This document shows, one piece after another, positions 18,291 through 25,941 of a stretch of DNA of 32,000 nt. A program made the translations under genes and the position numbers. This stretch comes from an uncultured bacterium. GTDB lineage: Bacteria > Margulisbacteria > WOR-1 > CAVSGV01. The stretch lies in contig OY969425.1 in assembly GCA_963699255.1 (NCBI GenBank), positions 480,001-512,000 of the forward strand, written 5' to 3'. Positions within the stretch are counted from its first letter, which is position 1, and the number at the start of each line of letters is the position of its first letter. A model generated the notes under the pieces. That model was not told the origin of the DNA and ran no database searches. It saw nothing but the letters and a program-made list of their open reading frames with translations.

Positions 18291-21200
18291 ATGGGTGTAA
18301 CTAAAACAGGATTTAATGCGAAATACAATGCAGTGCCGGGGCTATTTCCCTCGGGATATTTTCTTTTGGCCGCGATCATTTTGATCTTTCTTTTCAGTTC
18401 TTTCGCATTTGCTGTTTCAAAACCCGGTTCCGAGTTCCGCCATTATAAGGGCGCAAGCACGGAGGCATACGATATCCTTCTTAACCCCTATCCGATACCT
18501 ATCGGCAAGGATGTCGGGATCAGGGTTTTTATCCCGCGCGATCCGCAAAAAGTCGTTTTCGTTCTTGATATGAACACCAAATACACGCTCGGCAAGGCCG
18601 GGAACTACTGGAGAGGCGTCATAAGATCGCCGGATAACTACGCGGAGGGGTGGAATCTTTCTTTTGTTTACATCAAATACAAGAGGTCTGATATCGACCG
18701 CGCGGCAGCGCAAAAGCTGCTGTCGTTCTTTAAAAAACTTTTCGCCGGCGTCAGGCTGACCCAATACAGCGATCACATAATGTTCGAAGGCAAGATCTGG
18801 ATAAAAGCTTACAGGATTCCTGAGGGCCGATTGATAAGCGTTAAGCCCAAACTTATGACTTCCTTTGAAGCGGTTTCAACACCGGAAGCTATGCTCTTTA
18901 ATGTTACGCCTTCTGTTGAAATGGTTCCGATCATTACAGGCAAAACTTCCATTGAAGCGATTTCAACGCCTGAAGCTATGCCCTTAAAAATTATCACCTC
19001 CTATGAAGCGGTTCCAACACTTGAAGCAGCGCCCTTAAAAGTTCCGCCTTCCACTGGATCGCTTTTAACGCCTGAAGCCGCGGCGACATCAGAGACAGCA
19101 TCGACCGGAGAAGCGTTCTCATTTAAGATAAAAGGGACGAAATCTGTCAATTTTGTGAGCAGGTCGATCGAAGGCAGCAAGGAAGGTTTTGTTCCCGGGC
19201 TGACCAGAGATGAAGAGCTCAGGATAAATGTTTCCGGCGCCGGCAAGGATGGAACGGAAGTGGAGGCCAGTTTCATTTCAACTTCCACATCGGGCACGAC
19301 AGCCCTTACTCAGAACGATGACAAAATATCGATCCTAGTTAAAAGAGCCAGCACAGAAGCTTACCTTGGGGATTTCATAGGTGATTTTAATGATACCGAG
19401 TTCGCTCGGCTTAATAAGAGCCTGTCCGGCGTCAAGATCTCCGGCAACTATGATAAATGGGGTTTCAAGGCGCTCTATGCGACTCCCCGCGGTGACGCGA
19501 AGTATTACAGGGCCTACGGAAACGGAACTCAGGGCCCTTACTCGCTTGGTGCTTCGCCGGTCGTCGTGGACAGCGATAAGGTTTACCTTGACGGGGCGCT
19601 CCAGAGACGCGGCAGCGATTATACTATCGATTATCAGGCGGGCACGATCACATTTAAAAATGGAGTGGTCATAAGCACATCGATAATAGAAGCCTATTTT
19701 GACTGGAGCGAGACCCTTTATCAGCACTCGACCGTCGGATTAAGATACAGGCAGAACATCAGCGATGACCTTAAGCTCGGCTTCACGTATATTAACGATT
19801 CGGACAGTTTGTATAAAGCTTCAGAAATAAGAGATTCGCTCTCAGCTACCATTGAGCCGACAAGCCACTATGTCGTCGGCATTGACGGGTCAACAAAACT
19901 GTTCGGCAATACATTGATCAATTCCGAGCTCGCGTATTCGAATATTGATCTTAACCTGCTTGAGCCCAACAAAAGCATGGAGATAGGCAAAGCGTTCAAG
20001 ATGGACACGACTACCGCGCAGGGGCCGTTCAATCTGTTAACCAACTATAAAAGGGTAGGGGCAGGATTCAGCGCTATCGGGGACGCCGCGCCGCAGCAGG
20101 ATGTGGACCAGTACGGCGGTTTGTTCGGTTTCAGGCCGAGCAATATATATTATTTGGAGACAACTTATGACTACGATAAATACATGCTTCTTGGCACGCA
20201 ATACCTTACGACCGACAAAGGATTCAAATCAAAGTTCACTCCGGAGGATATCCCTTCTTTGAATTATCTTTACAGGGAGATGGAGGATTCGAACGACCCG
20301 GTAACGGGAGCGCAGATCGATCGTTTGACGACGCAGAATAATGTGGATTCAAGCTATAAATACGCGGGATTTTTAGTCTCGACGTTGCAAGGCGGGATCG
20401 AAGAGAGAAGGAACAGTGAGCCCTCGCTGGAGGTGACGACTTATAAAACCGTCAATTTTGGCACAGCCACTTACGGCCTTGATAAGATATCAGCATCCGG
20501 GAACATCGAATTAAAGGATACGCAGCTCCCCGATAAAACGAATCCTTTCACCAAAACATACAGCGCGCTTGTTTCCGCAACGCCGACCAAAGACTATTTC
20601 GGATCGCTTTCGCTCCAGATTATCGACGATTCCGTCCAGGGGACAACGAACGTGACGGACCTTAACTACAGAGCGTCTCCCACGAACAATTTCTCGACCG
20701 ACGGAAAATATACGATATCTTCCGTTCAGGAAGATTTTAACGGAACGCCGGAAGCAGTTTCAAAGCAGACGGGATCTTTCCGTTTCGATTACAGGCCGGA
20801 AGATCTCATAAAGCTAAGGTATTATTACAAGCCTAATTTCACACGGGTAGAGAGCGCCAACGCTTTTAGCTTCAACGACGACGTTAACCAGGCTGAAGTT
20901 TATTATGCCCCGCTGAGGGAGCTTTCAACAGGGCTTGTTTATAAGACGGAAGACCTGATGAATATCGATAGGACCGACATGAGTTTTAAAAGGGAAGCCA
21001 ACCATAAGAACACTTATGATACGACCCTGCTTGTTAATTCGGCTCCACTCAGGTTCTTATCTCTTGAACTAAGCTATCTGACCAGCGACCTGTTCCTTAC
21101 TGAGCAGACAACTGCAGGCGCAACAGCTTATGACAAGGCGATCGGGAACACAAAAACGTACAACCTCAGCGCAAAGACGTCGCTTTCGGAACAATTCTCG

Positions 21201-21629
21201 ATCGATTCGAGTTATTCTTACCAGAACCAGTTCCAGTCGAGCACCAGCACATCGGAAGATATAGATTCGCTTACCCAGACGGTAACCCTTAAAGGGGTGT
21301 GGAACATCGATCAGTACTGGTCTGTGTTCGCCAGTTATTCCTATTCGGAATCCGTGAACCGGCTTTTAACGGATAATGACCTGACGTATACGGTAGCGCC
21401 GGGACTGGGTGGAACATACAAGATAGGGGATATCCTGAGGGTCGACGCGCAATATACCAGATCCCAGTCTTTTGCAGCGTCATCCGCTCAGGTGGACACT
21501 TATTCGTTCAATACCAAATACGATCCCAACCAGTATGTTCACATAAACCTTCGCGGAACGCGGGAGATAAGCGTCGAGCCGGATTACAAATCTACAGAAT
21601 TAATGGGAAGTTTGGAGATAGTGTTGTGA
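18291..21629 (+). CDS. Large outer membrane protein, probable beta-barrel, with Pro/Thr/Glu-rich spacer
   Basis: Signal/TM segment FLLAAIILIFLFSSFAFA; long alternating beta-rich C-terminal half; terminal GSLEIVL. ATG 18291 preferred over the upstream TTG start in the ORF track. Confidence 0.6.
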   Translation: MGVTKTGFNAKYNAVPGLFPSGYFLLAAIILIFLFSSFAFAVSKPGSEFRHYKGASTEAYDILLNPYPIPIGKDVGIRVFIPRDPQKVVFVLDMNTKYTLGKAGNYWRGVIRSPDNYAEGWNLSFVYIKYKRSDIDRAAAQKLLSFFKKLFAGVRLTQYSDHIMFEGKIWIKAYRIPEGRLISVKPKLMTSFEAVSTPEAMLFNVTPSVEMVPIITGKTSIEAISTPEAMPLKIITSYEAVPTLEAAPLKVPPSTGSLLTPEAAATSETASTGEAFSFKIKGTKSVNFVSRSIEGSKEGFVPGLTRDEELRINVSGAGKDGTEVEASFISTSTSGTTALTQNDDKISILVKRASTEAYLGDFIGDFNDTEFARLNKSLSGVKISGNYDKWGFKALYATPRGDAKYYRAYGNGTQGPYSLGASPVVVDSDKVYLDGALQRRGSDYTIDYQAGTITFKNGVVISTSIIEAYFDWSETLYQHSTVGLRYRQNISDDLKLGFTYINDSDSLYKASEIRDSLSATIEPTSHYVVGIDGSTKLFGNTLINSELAYSNIDLNLLEPNKSMEIGKAFKMDTTTAQGPFNLLTNYKRVGAGFSAIGDAAPQQDVDQYGGLFGFRPSNIYYLETTYDYDKYMLLGTQYLTTDKGFKSKFTPEDIPSLNYLYREMEDSNDPVTGAQIDRLTTQNNVDSSYKYAGFLVSTLQGGIEERRNSEPSLEVTTYKTVNFGTATYGLDKISASGNIELKDTQLPDKTNPFTKTYSALVSATPTKDYFGSLSLQIIDDSVQGTTNVTDLNYRASPTNNFSTDGKYTISSVQEDFNGTPEAVSKQTGSFRFDYRPEDLIKLRYYYKPNFTRVESANAFSFNDDVNQAEVYYAPLRELSTGLVYKTEDLMNIDRTDMSFKREANHKNTYDTTLLVNSAPLRFLSLELSYLTSDLFLTEQTTAGATAYDKAIGNTKTYNLSAKTSLSEQFSIDSSYSYQNQFQSSTSTSEDIDSLTQTVTLKGVWNIDQYWSVFASYSYSESVNRLLTDNDLTYTVAPGLGGTYKIGDILRVDAQYTRSQSFAASSAQVDTYSFNTKYDPNQYVHINLRGTREISVEPDYKSTELMGSLEIVL
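18867..19125 (+). repeat. Degenerate 51-bp (17-aa) / 36-bp (12-aa) coding repeats
   Basis: Unit starts at 18867, 18918, 18954, 19005, 19056, 19092; EAVSTPEAMLFNVTPSV / EAISTPEAMPLKIITSY / EAVPTLEAAPLKVPPST. Confidence 0.65.
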
Positions 21630-21635
21630 TAAAAT

Positions 21636-21724
21636 GCTATCAACGAATGAGGTAACGAATAAACGAATGGATGTAGTAAAAGATAAGGACTTTATTCGTT
21701 GATTCGCTGGGATTCGTTGATAGC
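21636..21724. repeat. Island C: 89-bp non-coding inverted-repeat element built from ACGAAT words
   Basis: Perfect 13-bp terminal inverted repeat gctatcaacgaat (21636-21648) / attcgttgatagc (21712-21724); inner 10-bp pair aacgaataaa (21654-21663) / tttattcgtt (21691-21700). Confidence 0.9.
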
Positions 21725-21750
21725 CATAATAACAGAAAGGGGATAACTAA

Positions 21751-22233
21751 ATGAATAAACTGTTAAAGACTCTTGCTCCGGTTATGCTGGTGTTTTTCTG
21801 TTCAGTCTGCATTGTTGGCCCGGTTTGGGGTGAGGATTTTTCTATTACTGTAAAAGCCCCTGAAAATGTTGAGGTTAATAAGAATATCGACGTTAATATT
21901 GCATTTTCCAAAGCTGAGATAGAAAATAGAAGTTTGAATTTGGATATTGTTTATTCCGATGGTTTCATCTCATCGACGAGCAACGCCATGATCACGCAAG
22001 AAAGTTACCAGCTCACATTTAAAGCCCCTACGCAAGAAAGTACAGCAACCATTAGAATCGCAGTAATGGAAAATAAGGTAATAATTTCACACAAGATCAT
22101 TCAAGTTAGAGCATATAAAGCAGTTGATTTAAACCCAATTGTTGCAGTAGGGGTTGTTACGTTAGCAGTGTTTTTGGGCGGGCTATCTTTTTTGGCAAAT
22201 TTGATTGCTCCGGGAATTGCGGGGATGCATTAA
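21751..22233 (+). CDS. Small exported protein, paralog of 602-1093 (cassette copy 2)
   Basis: Signal peptide MNKLLKTLAPVMLVFFCSVCIVGPVWG and C-terminal TM segment; N-terminus closely resembles the other two copies. Confidence 0.75.
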   Translation: MNKLLKTLAPVMLVFFCSVCIVGPVWGEDFSITVKAPENVEVNKNIDVNIAFSKAEIENRSLNLDIVYSDGFISSTSNAMITQESYQLTFKAPTQESTATIRIAVMENKVIISHKIIQVRAYKAVDLNPIVAVGVVTLAVFLGGLSFLANLIAPGIAGMH

Positions 22234-22236
22234 TGT

Positions 22237-22551
22237 ATGGCTAGGCCGAGATTTTACCTGAATATTTTTATCGCATTGCTATTGCTGGCATTTTTTTGCT
22301 CAAGCAATAATTATGCATCACTCATCGAGGGAACAAATACATATGATAATTATATATTCGTATTGGTTCATGGGATTAAGAGCGACGGGACAATTTTCTC
22401 GGACAGAAATTACGGGGGGCTCAAAGAGTATCTGGAAAATCCTGTCTCAGAAGGTGGGCTTGGTTTGGCTGGAAGAGTCTTCGCCTATACTTTTTCTAGG
22501 CTCTATGCTCTATTCCCTATGCTCTCGATAGAAAGGAAGTGTTTTGAATGA
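22237..22551 (+). pseudogene. Truncated alpha/beta-hydrolase N-terminus (cassette copy 2)
   Basis: 104 aa; TYDNYIFVLVHGIKSDGTIFSDRNYGGLKEYLENP...AGRVFAYTF aligns with the giant protein's NYLVILVHGIAETSDIFDDDGSGHLKPYLEDS...PGYVYAYDF, then homology stops at a heptamer array. Confidence 0.7.
22494..22528 (+). repeat. Island D: five heptamers, consensus CTCTATG
   Basis: ttctagg ctctatg ctctatt ccctatg ctctcga. Confidence 0.7.
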
Positions 22552-23063
22552 GTAAAATGTTAAAGAGTGTCGCCCTCGTAATGTTCGCTATCTTTTGTTC
22601 AGTCTGCATTGTTGGGTCAGCATGGGGAGAGGCAAGCAAGATAACTCCACCTCGAATTTCGGCCCCAGACTATGTTGACGCAGGAAAATCATTTCAAATC
22701 AAGATTACTTTCGACAAGGACACATATTCAACTGGCAAATATTCTTTTCAGATAGTCTTCCCTGAGCAATTCAACAAGGGCATGATCAACTTTCAAATTA
22801 CCAATGAAGCTTATGCAATTATAGCAAATTCTCCGACACAGGAAGGGGATTTTGTCATTCAATATAGCATTCATGAGCAGGACACCACAGTCATTTGGAC
22901 TGGAAGCGTAGAGATAAACATTTTAGCTTTAAATATATCGGTAAAGGAAAGCGAAAAACAATCATTACATGAAGAGCCAAGCCCGATGTCTGTTGTTGGG
23001 GGATTATTAATGGATATTATTTCAATTCCAATTAAATTTATTTTTGCATGGAAGGGAACATGA
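22548..23063 (+). CDS. Small exported protein, paralog of 602-1093 (cassette copy 3)
   Basis: Signal peptide MSKMLKSVALVMFAIFCSVCIVGSAWG; shares gttcagtctgcattgttgg with copy 2 at DNA level; ATGA overlap with the upstream stub. Confidence 0.75.
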   Translation: MSKMLKSVALVMFAIFCSVCIVGSAWGEASKITPPRISAPDYVDAGKSFQIKITFDKDTYSTGKYSFQIVFPEQFNKGMINFQITNEAYAIIANSPTQEGDFVIQYSIHEQDTTVIWTGSVEINILALNISVKESEKQSLHEEPSPMSVVGGLLMDIISIPIKFIFAWKGT

Positions 23064-23087
23064 TGTATATGTTTACGCTTATAGTTT
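23064..23087 (+). pseudogene. Remnant of hydrolase N-terminus (cassette copy 3)
   Basis: gatgtatatgtttacgcttatagtttc encodes DVYVYAYSF, matching GYVYAYDF (giant) and RVFAYTF (copy 2), directly followed by a heptamer array. Confidence 0.45.
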
Positions 23088-23122
23088 CTCTAGACTCTAC
23101 GCTCTAGTCCCTAGAGCTCTAC
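23088..23122 (+). repeat. Island E: five heptamers, consensus CTCTAGN
   Basis: ctctaga ctctacg ctctagt ccctaga gctctac; column-by-column similar to island D. Confidence 0.7.
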
Positions 23123-24261
23123 TTATAACTAACTTTCGCCTTCCTGAGCAGAGCTTTAATGTAATTAACAGGAGTGGCAAAGTTCAGGTTCTGGCCTTCC
23201 TTGGAATACCCGAAGATCACCGCGATCACCTCAAGCTTTTTATCAAGGACCGGACCGCCGCTGTTGCCGGGAGACACCGGCGCGTCAGTCTGAATAACCT
23301 TCGCCCCCTTCGCGTACCTTATCTGGCTTATGATCCCCTTCGAAACCGTATTCATCAGCCCCTGAGGCGCCCCGATCGTGTATATCTCGTTGCCGATATC
23401 AATGTCATTCGAATTCCCCAGCCGCAGATACGGAGTGTCCACCGCCCGCACCTTCAGGATGGCTATGTCCTTTTCGACATCATTGGCGACCAGCTGGTCC
23501 ACGGCCAGGTTTTCGTTCTGCTTGAATACCGCGATCATCCTTGCCGCGCCGTCCACAACATGATGGCTTGTAACGACATACCCGTTAGAATTCACGAAAA
23601 ACCCGCTCGCAAAAGCCATGAACCTGTTGTTGCGGTCATATGTGTAAATGGTCACGACCGAATCGGACGACGACTTCAGCCTGTTCGATATGTTCCCTGA
23701 GCCGATAGAATTATACGCGATGTAAAATATGACAAGCATAAGCACCGCCGCCAGAACCCAGGTCGCTATCTTCAACCCCAGCTCCCTTATCTTTTTGTGG
23801 GGCTTCGGCTTCGGCAGGAAAGTCTGGTCCGCCCCGACCACTGCTGTTCCCGCTAAAAGGTCCCCGAACCTTCTTCCGCCTGGATTGAAGATCACCATCA
23901 GGAGTTCGATGATGACGACAAAGGGGATGAGGAGGATAACGTTCCTGATAAGCGCCTGGTACCACCTGCATTTGATCTGCGACTTTATACCGACGACCCT
24001 AAGCCCGAGAACTTTTTTCATGACGCTCTGCCCGTTGAACAAAGCATCCTTGAAAAGAACATAGAAAAATATTGCGAGCCAGACGAGCATGACGAAAAGG
24101 AAGTAGGAGCCTTCTTCGAAGGCGACCGACGGGTCCCTGCTAAGCGCGGGCAGCGTCTGGATGAGAAAATAAGCGAGGCAGAGAGGCAGGGCTATCTCAA
24201 CAAGGGCCGCAAAAAGACGGCGCATGATCATGCTGATGCGTGATATTTTTTGAGCTTCCAT
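23119..24261 (-). CDS. RDD-domain membrane protein fused to trypsin-like S1C (HtrA/DegP-type) serine protease
   Basis: N-terminal RDD-like TM region (MRRLFAALVEIALPLCLAYFL...KKVLGLRVVG); triad context TSHHVVDG, NDVEKDIAILKV, SPGNSGGPVL. Confidence 0.9.
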   Translation of the reverse strand: MEAQKISRISMIMRRLFAALVEIALPLCLAYFLIQTLPALSRDPSVAFEEGSYFLFVMLVWLAIFFYVLFKDALFNGQSVMKKVLGLRVVGIKSQIKCRWYQALIRNVILLIPFVVIIELLMVIFNPGGRRFGDLLAGTAVVGADQTFLPKPKPHKKIRELGLKIATWVLAAVLMLVIFYIAYNSIGSGNISNRLKSSSDSVVTIYTYDRNNRFMAFASGFFVNSNGYVVTSHHVVDGAARMIAVFKQNENLAVDQLVANDVEKDIAILKVRAVDTPYLRLGNSNDIDIGNEIYTIGAPQGLMNTVSKGIISQIRYAKGAKVIQTDAPVSPGNSGGPVLDKKLEVIAVIFGYSKEGQNLNFATPVNYIKALLRKAKVSYK

Positions 24262-24299
24262 TGCGTGGATTATACACCTTTTTTGATGTTATTTTCAGC

Positions 24300-24327
24300 T
24301 TGAATTTAACCGCCCTGATTGTATAAT
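24300..24327 (+). promoter_or_regulatory. Sigma70-like promoter, TTGAAT-16 bp-TATAAT
   Basis: TTGAAT 24300-24305 and TATAAT 24322-24327 immediately upstream of the ATG at 24336. Confidence 0.5.
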
Positions 24328-24335
24328 AATCGTTG

Positions 24336-24821
24336 ATGGATGCTGTCCTGAGAAAAAATGGTTTCAAGCTTGCCGCGGCGGCTGTAGCGTCCATTTTACT
24401 GCCTTTTTATCTTTCAACCGCGGCGATGCCAGCTTCAAACTATTCGATAAAAATAACCCACACTGTCCCGCTCGGCATACCCAAAAAAGACGTCCTTAAG
24501 GTGATGGGCAAGCCGAATTCACCGGTCGACTTCGACTTTTCCTACAAGAAGAACGGCTGCGAGATACTGGTCGCCTTTAATGATAAGACCGGCTGCGTGG
24601 AGGCCGTGATCGTGATCGGCAAGAACCCGCAATATTCCGTCATGGGGATAACGGGCGGATCGTTCAAGTCCGACGTGCAGAAAGTGTTCGGGGATCCGGA
24701 GAGAAAGCTGGCCTACGAAAAAAGCGGGGTCGAGTGCTGGTATTATCCGTCAAAGAAGGTCAACTTTTGCTTTAAAGAGGACAAGGTCTCTTCTTTCAGC
24801 GTCAGCGATACCCGGTATTAA
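24336..24821 (+). CDS. Exported protein with two BamE/SmpA-like half repeats
   Basis: Signal peptide; GIPKKDVLKVMGKP...VAFNDKTGCVEAV and SFKSDVQKVFGDPERK...CFKEDKVSSFSV. Confidence 0.55.
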   Translation: MDAVLRKNGFKLAAAAVASILLPFYLSTAAMPASNYSIKITHTVPLGIPKKDVLKVMGKPNSPVDFDFSYKKNGCEILVAFNDKTGCVEAVIVIGKNPQYSVMGITGGSFKSDVQKVFGDPERKLAYEKSGVECWYYPSKKVNFCFKEDKVSSFSVSDTRY

Positions 24822-24852
24822 GAAAGTCCTCCCATAGATCGAATTTATTGAC

Positions 24853-25941
24853 ATGAAAAGAAATCACACGAAAATAGTATCCATAGGGCGCGTCAGGATA
24901 GGCGGCAGCAATCCCGTCGCCGTCCAATCGATGACAAAGACCCACACCTATGACATCAAAGCGACCGTAAAACAGATCCGCGAACTTCAGGATGCCGGCT
25001 GCCAGATCATAAGATGCGCGGTGCCGGAAGAAAAAGACGCCCTTGCCATCAGGCAGATAAAAAAGCACATATCGATCCCGCTGGTCGCCGATATCCACTT
25101 CAATTACAGGCTGGCGCTCATTGCGATCGAATCGGGCGCCGACAAGATACGGATAAACCCCGGGAACATCGGCGGACTCGACAGGCTCAGGTCCGTTGTG
25201 TCCGCCTGCAAAGAAAGAAAGATCCCCATCAGGATCGGCGTCAATTCGGGGTCGCTCGAAAAAGAGATACTGAAAAGATACAAGCATCCGACTGCGGAAG
25301 CGCTTGTCGCGTCGGCGCTGAAGAATATCCGGATACTTGAGGAACTGAATTTCCATGACATTGTCGTTTCGATAAAATCCACGAGCGTCCCTTCCACGAT
25401 AGAAGCGTACAGGCTTCTGTCAAAAAAAGTAAGCTATCCACTGCATGTCGGGATCACCGAAGCGGGGATATCAACTCCCGGGATCATAAAGTCGTCAGTG
25501 GGCATAGGGACCCTTCTGGCCGAGGGGATAGGGGACACGATAAGAGTGTCGCTTACGGGCGACCCCGTGGCAGAGGTCTTTGCCGCGAGGGAGATACTGA
25601 AGTCGCTTGATCTGATAAAAGGCGGAGTGACCATTATCTCATGCCCAACCTGCGGAAGATGCGAGATAGATGTCGAGGAAATAGCGAAAGCGGTCGCGGA
25701 AAAAACTAGGGGGGTTAACCATGAAGTAAAGCGGGGCGCTAACTTCATGGTTAAAAAACCGATAAAAATTGCTATAATGGGGTGTGCGGTGAACGGTCCC
25801 GGAGAAGCATCCGACGCTGATGTGGGGCTCGCGGGCGGAAAAGGAACGGGGCTTATATTCAGGGCCGGCAGGATCGTGAAAAAGGTCCCGGAAAAAGAAA
25901 TGGTCAGGGAACTGATGAGAGAGGTGCATAAGATAAAATGA
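24853..25941 (+). CDS. ispG: (E)-4-hydroxy-3-methylbut-2-enyl-diphosphate synthase (flavodoxin)
   Basis: IGRVRIGGSNPVAVQSMTKTHTYD, Fe-S motif ISCPTCGRCEID and MGCAVNGPGEASDADVG. Confidence 0.97.
   Translation: MKRNHTKIVSIGRVRIGGSNPVAVQSMTKTHTYDIKATVKQIRELQDAGCQIIRCAVPEEKDALAIRQIKKHISIPLVADIHFNYRLALIAIESGADKIRINPGNIGGLDRLRSVVSACKERKIPIRIGVNSGSLEKEILKRYKHPTAEALVASALKNIRILEELNFHDIVVSIKSTSVPSTIEAYRLLSKKVSYPLHVGITEAGISTPGIIKSSVGIGTLLAEGIGDTIRVSLTGDPVAEVFAAREILKSLDLIKGGVTIISCPTCGRCEIDVEEIAKAVAEKTRGVNHEVKRGANFMVKKPIKIAIMGCAVNGPGEASDADVGLAGGKGTGLIFRAGRIVKKVPEKEMVRELMREVHKIK

Noticed and set aside
21636-21724. Simple intrinsic terminator
   Set aside because: Has inverted repeats but no GC-rich stem followed by a U-tract; its trimeric word geometry matches island B, which surrounds a gene. 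A termination role is still possible.
23123-23700. Downstream part of the 218-aa plus-strand ORF 23044-23700
   Set aside because: Antisense to the RDD/S1C protease gene; only the first ~24 codons (cassette remnant plus array) have independent meaning.
24802-25356. 184-aa minus-strand ORF over ispG
   Set aside because: Antisense shadow of a well-supported essential gene.
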